Shown here piece by piece: positions 56,091 to 64,000 of a DNA stretch of 64,000 nt. The translations under genes and the position numbers were made by a program. The DNA is from Octopus vulgaris. Its lineage: Eukaryota. The stretch lies in NCBI GenBank assembly GCA_951406725.2, contig OX597828.1, forward strand, positions 64,914,001 to 64,978,000. The letters run 5' to 3'. The notes under the pieces are model-generated. The model did no database searches and was not told the origin of the DNA. It worked only from the letters and a program-made list of their open reading frames with translations. The first letter of the stretch is position 1. Each line of letters starts with the position of its first letter.

Positions 56091-56394
56091 AAAATGGAAT
56101 TCTCCGTTTGCCGACTAAGAAAACGCTACTAACTTCAAAAATCGTAGTGGATACAGCTGGAACAGATGTAAAAGGGGTAACTCCGCCCAGCCCAAGACTT
56201 TACCAGTACAGTTTCGTTCCGGTGTTTTATTTTCTTTATAAAATCAACTGACGTTTTTCTCTCTCCAGTCGCAGAAAAATTGTGCCTCCGGCAATTTAAG
56301 TCGAGCGGGTTACCTATACAGCTAAGTGCTTTATAGGTGCAAAACCAATGGTCACTGTCTGACCGGCCATAACCAACAACTATACAGAAACGTT

Positions 56395-56464
<70 letters not shown>

Positions 56465-57824
56465 CCGATTGTGCAAGGTATGTGTTTGTATGAGTGAGCG
56501 TACACAATTGCTTACATACCATTGTTTTTGCAATGTATATATACTACCTTTCTATATTGGTTACTTAGATTTCTCTGAGACTGAGGATTATGTGTATTCA
56601 TATTTTTAGACAATCATGTAATATAAAAATAATGGGCTGGAAAACAGTTGAAAGACAGAATCTATCTCCTTTTAATGACGTTATACAAAAGGTGATCCAT
56701 AAAGCTTAATTACTCGTCAAATTAATTTGCATTCTAAAGCCATTAACGGAAATTCATTATTTGGTTCTCTTCTCTTGAGTCTCAATTATACTTAAAATTT
56801 ATGCAATGTTTAGAAATTTACGCAAGGTTTAGGAATAAAAAAAATATTCTATTCTTCTCAAATGTTATTTTTCTCATTCAACTATTGTATATTTCATTTC
56901 CGAATATTCTGCATTTTTTTTCTGATGATTAATGTTAAGATGCCTTGTTGGCTAATTGTAGAAATACATCTTCATCTTAATTCAATCATTTTCTTTTATG
57001 TAGAATTTTATTGCAGAACTTAAAAACCAAATTTCAGCTACTGATGTACTATTTCTATGCGTGTTTAATAGCGTATTTATTTAAAATATACGTATTTTTA
57101 GTTTTGTCAATATTCTGCTTCACCAACCATCTTAACTGTTTAAATAGAAATCGCCCCACATTTATATTTAATATTTTCACCCGATGTGAGACATTGCCGT
57201 AGGCTTCATATCGGGTGAAAATATTTATCAGACTTGTGGCTGGATCAGTTTACATTATTGTTCTAAATTGTCATTATCATCATTTTATTCTGAAATTAAG
57301 CACTTGTTTTCCCTCTAATGCCCCTATTTCATTGTGTTCTAAATGTCAAAATATTCAATTAGTAATGGACTGTAGTAATTAAGTAGAAGAACGGGAATTT
57401 ACAGGACAACTGAGACTTGCTTTTATTGATCCCATAACTCAATTCTACTGGCCCTCTACTGGAGTACTCTTACAGATGAAAATCTTATGGCGAAGAATGG
57501 TTGCTTATATAACAGCGACACTAACCCAGGCGATATGTGTGTCTCTATGGACGTTAGTATATATGCATGATTGTATGCATATATGTATGACTGAATGCAT
57601 TTATATTTGTATCAGTATGAGTAATTGTTTCCACAAAGTAAACAATATATGACATGTTAGGTAGGGTACATATATTCAGTATAATATAGGGGTGGAAGAT
57701 CATTTTTACACCAGACAAAATGTGGATACTTCATCCCATAATATACTCCTCGTCACCGGTATCTTCATCAACCTCCCTCCCTTCCTCCCCCTTTTCTTCA
57801 TCATCATCACAAGCAGCAACAGCC

Positions 57825-58190
57825 GTGGAGGCGCAATGACCCAGTGGTTAGGGCAGCGGACTCGCAGTCGGAGGTTCGCGGTTTCGATTCCCAGACCGGG
57901 CGTTGTGTGTGTATATTGAGCGAAAACACCTAAAGCTCCACGAGGCTCCGGCAGGGGGTGGTGGCGACCCCTGTTGTACTCTTTCGCCCCAACTTTCTCT
58001 CACTCTTTCTTCCTGTTTCTTGTCCCCGACTTCCTACGCAACCGCTGAACCTGGATGCGCATTCGTCCATCCGCCGATGCTCTCGGTGTCGGGGGTTGAC
58101 CAGCTTACACTTCTGCGGGTCTTACGAATAGCAAAGGACCGCGTTTCGGACTTCTCCCAAACACTCAACAAACAAACAAACAAACAAACA
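57825..58190 (+). mobile_element. Type B SINE head with a different 3' tail ending in (CAAA)n
   Basis: Head matches 46843 up to CACTCTTTCTT..TGTT, then about 150 bp of unrelated tail. Confidence 0.85.
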
Positions 58191-58239
58191 AGCAGCAGCA
58201 GCAGTGGTGTTGGTGTTGGTGGTGGTGGTGGTGGTGATG

Positions 58240-58290
<51 letters not shown>

Positions 58291-58962
58291 AATTTTTCAT
58301 ACAATAATGCATCATAATTCCCACAAGAATAATTCTTAATGGTATTGTGTCCTCCAGGCTGACAACTTTAATGTAATATTAAATGAAATTATAAAACAGA
58401 TACAATTAAAATGCATCTCTAAATATTAACTTAAATCTTCAACAAATCCAAATATCGGCTATTTGAAATTATGATTCGAAGCTTCTACATAGTGTTTCTA
58501 ATTAAGTAAATTTTTTTTATGACTGCATCAAAATTATATAAATTTTTATTTTATTTTTATTTATATATTTATTTTATTTTTATTTATATTAAATACTTGC
58601 CAACTATCTTTAGAAATCTATTATTGTGATGGGACGAGAAATAAGCTTTATAAATAAAAAATAAACAAAAGACACATAAATTATTGCGATTATAGTAAGA
58701 CAGTGGTGAAGAAAATTAGAGAGGTTTTATGTATAACAAAAGAATCAGACACGCATATTTAAGGAGAGAAACAATGATTATTCGAGAATAGATACTGAAC
58801 GAGAGAGAACTACTATGCAAAGGAAAATAACGAAGGCTTTTGTAAGAGAATAAGTATCCAGTTAAAAATTAAAGTTAGGTAGATAGAACAGAGAATGATA
58901 GTTTAAAAGTGAATAAAAACAAAACACTCTATATATGCATATCTATATCGATCAATCAATCA

Positions 58963-59079
<117 letters not shown>

Positions 59080-59154
59080 AATGCCAGGGCAAAGATATAT
59101 ATAATTTTGTACACATATATACTTATGTATATGCATTAACAGAGTTTACAGATA

Positions 59155-59370
59155 AAGCAGCGATCTCTCAGAATCGTTACCGGAAAAAATATTTAGTGGC
59201 ATTTCTTCCCGTTTTCTGTTCTGAGTTCAAGTTCCTCCGAGGTCGACTTTGACTCCCATCCTTTCGGAGCTGATAAAATAAGTACCAGTGGAGCACTGCA
59301 ATTGATAAAATCGACTAACCCCCTCCACCCAAATTTTAGGCCTCATGACTATAGTTCAAAGAATTATTAG
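59155..59370 (+). mobile_element. Type N SINE
   Basis: GTTCTGAGTTCAAGTTCCTCCGAGGTCGACTTTG...CATCCTTTCGGAGCTGATAAAATAAGTACCAG. Confidence 0.8.
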
Positions 59371-59476
59371 AATCTACAGCTATTTCTATCATAACTCTAA
59401 GTTTCTCAGTTTCGAATGTTCAAACAAATCTGTTAGAACAATGAATTTCGTGAATCCAAGAGTGAAAAACAGTGTA

Positions 59477-59776
59477 CCATGATCGTAAGATTGTGATTTC
59501 GATTCCTGAACCAGGTGATGCGTTGGGTTCTTGAGCAAAACACTTCATTTCACGTTGCTCCAGTCCACTCAGCTGGCAAAAATGAGTAACGCTGCGATGG
59601 ACTGGCGTCCCGTCCAGCTGGGGAACGCATACGCCATAGAAACTAGGCTTTAAAAGGCCGCATTTGTGGAGGCGCAATGGCACAGTGGATAGGGCAGCGG
59701 ACTCACGGTCGGGAGATCGCGGTTTCGATTCCCAGACCGGGCGTTGTGTGTGTTTATTGAGTGAAAACATCTAAAA
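59477..59776 (+). mobile_element. Doubly truncated A+B dimeric SINE fragment flanked by a 65-bp direct repeat
   Basis: Repeats at 59406-59470 and 59778-59842. Confidence 0.85.
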
Positions 59777-60039
59777 TTCAGTTTAGAATGTTCAAACAAA
59801 TCTGTTAGAACAATGAATTTCGTGAATCCCAGCGTGAAAAACTTACACTGTACAATGGAGGATAAATTATGATATAAACTAGTTGTTATGAAAATATGTT
59901 GGCGTGAAATTTATTTAAAATCGGATCAAATTTATCTGTTTAGTTCTAAAATTTGACTTCCTTTCGTATACACTGCATGATAATATAGACAGACGCTTTC
60001 TTTAAAATACATAGATAATAACGTCAATTTGAGTAAATC

Positions 60040-60280
60040 GCACATTGTTTTTATTAATAACTTTATTTCATTAGTATATATTTACGTTAGTGTTGTATTA
60101 TAGAACGAAATTGCTTATGATTCCGATCTTTTTATTAATCTTTATTATTCATCGTAAATAAACCCGGAATAATAATCAAATGAAGATTAATAAAATCCTC
60201 GGAATCATTAGCAACATCGTCCCGTAATACATCACTAATGTAAAAATATATTAATGGAATAAATTATTTATACAATGTGA
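60040..60280. repeat. Diverged inverted repeat (about 100-bp arms)
   Basis: TTGCTTATGATTCCGA..TTTTATTAATCTT versus AAGATTAATAAAA..TCGGAATCATTAGCAA, with outward extension. Confidence 0.75.
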
Positions 60281-60642
60281 AAATTACTCAGCGTGATATT
60301 CTCGATGTTTATCCAACGATCTCTAAGGAGTTTTTAAATAAAGCTGTATACTTTACAAAGATGTACAGCACAATAGATAAAAGTGACATCATTGTAACGC
60401 ATGCGCGATAGAGTCGGCTTTTGGATAATGTCTCAGTTTGGGTCAAGAAATATGACCTGCGCAGTTCTTTTGCTACCCCAAAGGATTATATATATTCGAT
60501 ATAGTAAACATAAAATTCCTTTCTGTTATTTGAGACTGGATGGAGAGGATGCGTTAGCTATTTATAAAAATGCAAATGTACTTACTTTATAGAAGATAAT
60601 GAGGAACTAACACAAACATTCAGATTATTCATACTTAAAGTC

Positions 60643-61144
60643 GTGGAGGCACGTGGATTAGTGGTTAGGGTGTCAGCACCATGATCGTAAGGTTGTGGTC
60701 TCGATTCCTGGACCGGGCGACGCGTTGTGTTCTTGGGCAAAACACTTCATTTCACGTTGCTCCAGTCCACTCACCTGGCAAAAATGAGTAACGCTGCGAT
60801 GGACTGGCGTCCCGTCCAGCTGGGGAACACATACGCCATAGGAACCGGGAAACCGGGCCCATGAGCCTGGCTAGGCTTTAAAAGGGTGCATTTGTGGCGG
60901 CGCAATGGCCCTGTGGTTAGGGTAGCGGACTCGCGGTTTCGATTCCCAGACCGGGCGCTGGGTGTGTTTATTGAGCGAAAACATCTAAAAGCTCCATGAG
61001 GCTCCGGCAGGGGTGGGACGACTCCTGTTGTACTCTTTCGCCCCAACTTTCTCTCAATCTTTTTTCCTGTTTCTTGAGTAACGCTGCGATGGACTGGCGT
61101 CCCGTCCAGCTGGGGGGAAACACATACGCCACAGAAACCGGGAA
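60643..61144 (+). mobile_element. Dimeric tRNA-derived SINE (monomer A 60643-60892 plus monomer B 60893-61144)
   Basis: Two tRNA-like heads; the block GAGTAACGCTGCGATGGACTGGCGTCCCGTCCAGCTGGGG occurs in both halves. Confidence 0.88.
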
Positions 61145-62507
61145 GTTACTAGAAATTAATTAAACGTTGAATTTCCTGGGTATTGCACCAAATCGAAACA
61201 CTTATTAATGTTAACCTTTATCAAACCAACCAAAAAATCAACTGACGTGAGCGCAGGTTATTACAGTACATAAGCACCTGTAGTAAGTAATGAACTAACA
61301 AATTATGTCAAGAGAACTATCTTGAATGTGGCCTACAAAAATTGAACTCTGCTACAACGATTCTAGTGGAGTAAACCTCATATGTTCACAGCCCATACTT
61401 CCTTAAAGGAAGCGCTGTTATAATATCAAGTGGTCCTATTCCTATTCCTCACTTAATATTAGATTTACTAACATTAATAAATTAGAAGGTATCTTCGCCA
61501 TAAAAATTGCAAAATTGGTTTGTTTCAGTTGTACAGCGAATGTGAATCGAATAATAATAGTGCAATAGGGAGGCTGGTTGTTTATGTAGGGAAATCACTA
61601 CATTTCTGCTGGAGGGATTCTGCAATACAAAAGGTATGGTATGTGGAAAGAAGGTAAAATATATATACATGTACACTGACACCACTCAAAATTGATATAG
61701 CAGTGTGAGAGTGTTAGAGATGGGTCATTCAAAAGCTGGTTTCACAACAATATCTCTTATCACTTCTTTTAGTACAGACTAAAGAAAATTTAAATTCACA
61801 AATTATTATGGATATAAACTTGATAAAGCTGTGAACAGCTTTTTCCACCGGAGGATTGTTGAAAATTTATTATATTATAGGGAGGGCTTAAATTGAGAAT
61901 CTGTGAAAAGAAAAAAATATATATGCAACTAAATTATATGGCCCCGGCACTGTAGGAAAAAAACGACGAATTCTAAGTAACTCACAGATACCAGAGATAT
62001 ATCAGAATATCAAATCAGAAGCTGGACACGTGCATCGAGAGCTTGTCAACAAGAATTGAGATGCGGATAACCCATTTTGGAATTTTCAGGCAGACACTTC
62101 TGTCTTTCAATTTTTCTAAAATTCGTCTTTTATACTTTACTATTACTCTCTTTAATTCTCACTCCTTACATTTCCCTTCACTGATATTGTATTATGAAAC
62201 TACCCCACAATTACCATTTATTATATACAATTTCTTCGTTTATGCCTCTAAAAGTTATTGCACAATATGCTTAATTGTGAGTTAACAAGTGAAATACTGT
62301 AGAAAGTAACTCTATTGGGTTTCAACTGCAATTGATGTCTCTTACAATAAATAGAGATTTATGTTTGGGATTGCTCATAGCACAAACTATAAATTTGAAT
62401 GATAGAGGTGAATGACTCATTCAAGTCAGATCATAATTTTAATTGCATTCAATGCCTGTAAGTTTCTTTGAAGCTATCTGTAACATGTACACACTAGATT
62501 CTATATA

Positions 62508-62552
<45 letters not shown>

Positions 62553-62583
62553 TCAGCATGGCCGCAGCTCTGAGCTGAAACTT

Positions 62584-62585
<2 letters not shown>
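62553..62585 (+). mobile_element. Isolated LINE/SINE 3' terminal fragment in a TA tract
   Basis: CAGCATGGCCGCAGCTCTGAGCTGAAA matches the LINE ends at about 13764 and 42288. Confidence 0.7.
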
Positions 62586-62649
<64 letters not shown>

Positions 62650-62969
62650 TATATACATACATATGAAGGGCTTATTACCAACCTCCATATTTGGAAAATA
62701 TAGGCCAACAAGAATTGGAAATTGATTGTAGTTTGAAATATTCAATAGATTTTGACTTCTATTGAATTTATTGAATTACTAATTTATTCTTTTATCGTTT
62801 GTCTAAAAAAATACTCATACAAATAGATATGTCATTATTCATTTATTTGTACACACATTATTCATACACATCCGATGAACAGGCTTACCCCTTCTTTTAG
62901 CAATTCTGTTTCTGTATGTCTGTATGTCTGTATGTCTGTCTGTCTGTCTGTCTGTCTGTCTGCACGCAC

Positions 62970-63004
<35 letters not shown>

Positions 63005-63332
63005 TGTGTGTGTGTGTTTATATATATATATATATGTTTATATATAGAAATATATGTATAAATGCGTATATATAATATATACATATAGAGAGAGAGAAAG
63101 AGAGAGGCACACACAGAGCGAGAGAGACAGATAGAAAGAGTGAGGGACAGTCTGATGTATGTAACCGCACGCTATAAACTTCACTCACCTTCAGTCCCAC
63201 CTTTAATAAATGTCCATGTTGTGTTTCATGGATAAAGTTTCTCGTGAACTTCATTTTACATATGCCTCATTCAACATTTATACTGAATTAAACACAAATA
63301 TAAATACCTAAATATACACCCATGCTCTCTCT

Positions 63333-63393
<61 letters not shown>

Positions 63394-64000
63394 TATAAGA
63401 AAATATTAAAATATGTTTGCTATTTTTTTTTTTAAATCTTCATGGTGGTGGACACTAATCGAAGTTTTAATGAATTTTTCGAAAAATACATTTAAAAAAT
63501 AATTGACATTTTCAAACGTGAATGACACATAATTTTAAATAGTCTTTAAGATCTGTTCAAGTCATTTACGTATCACATGCTTTTAATAGTAAAGTGTCTA
63601 TAAAATGAAATCTTTATTCACATCATTTCTAAGAAATATAATTGTAAATATATATATATATAACTGCATCAATACGATTTCAGAATATATATATATCGAG
63701 GATGTATACAGTAGAAGACAATAATGACACATTGATATCCATCCTGATTTTCATGTAAATTTTCAACCTCTCTCTATTTTTACTTCCACAAAGGGTTCTG
63801 TTCAGTTGGATATTCAAAACAATCAGAAAAGGACACCATTGCTTGAAGCCGTGAGGTCACCTCGGAATGACACAAATCAAGCCCTGGGTGCAAGACTTAT
63901 AAATCTGTTGATGGTGAAGGTAACAGCTAGTAATTATCCTGGTCTCTTTTGGAAAGAGAAGTGTTTGATAAACAGACAGGATGCACACACTTGGATTTAC

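Overview
Very AT-rich, microsatellite-saturated animal genomic DNA. The SINE repertoire and extreme (TA)n density suggest an octopus-like cephalopod (inference, not verified). Only one host gene is supportable: a minus-strand class A GPCR of the FMRFamide/sex-peptide-receptor-like group, with a main coding exon at 30665-31864 and a probable start exon encoding M-C-L at 35407-35415. Almost all other ORF-track entries are microsatellite translations or decayed transposon ORFs. The rest of the window is tRNA-derived SINEs with swappable tails, CR1-group, RTE and R2-superfamily LINE relics, Tc1/mariner relics, MITEs and two local tandem duplications. The most striking signal is a dense set of candidate self-cleaving ribozymes. 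There are five type I hammerhead loci with palindromic stem III (one in two inverted copies, one with a decayed core), mostly in asymmetric fold-back elements inside (TA)n tracts. One lies directly downstream of a Penelope GIY-YIG endonuclease relic. There is also an HDV-like ribozyme fold in a 330-bp GC-rich island between TA tracts. All structures were folded by eye and no activity is demonstrated.
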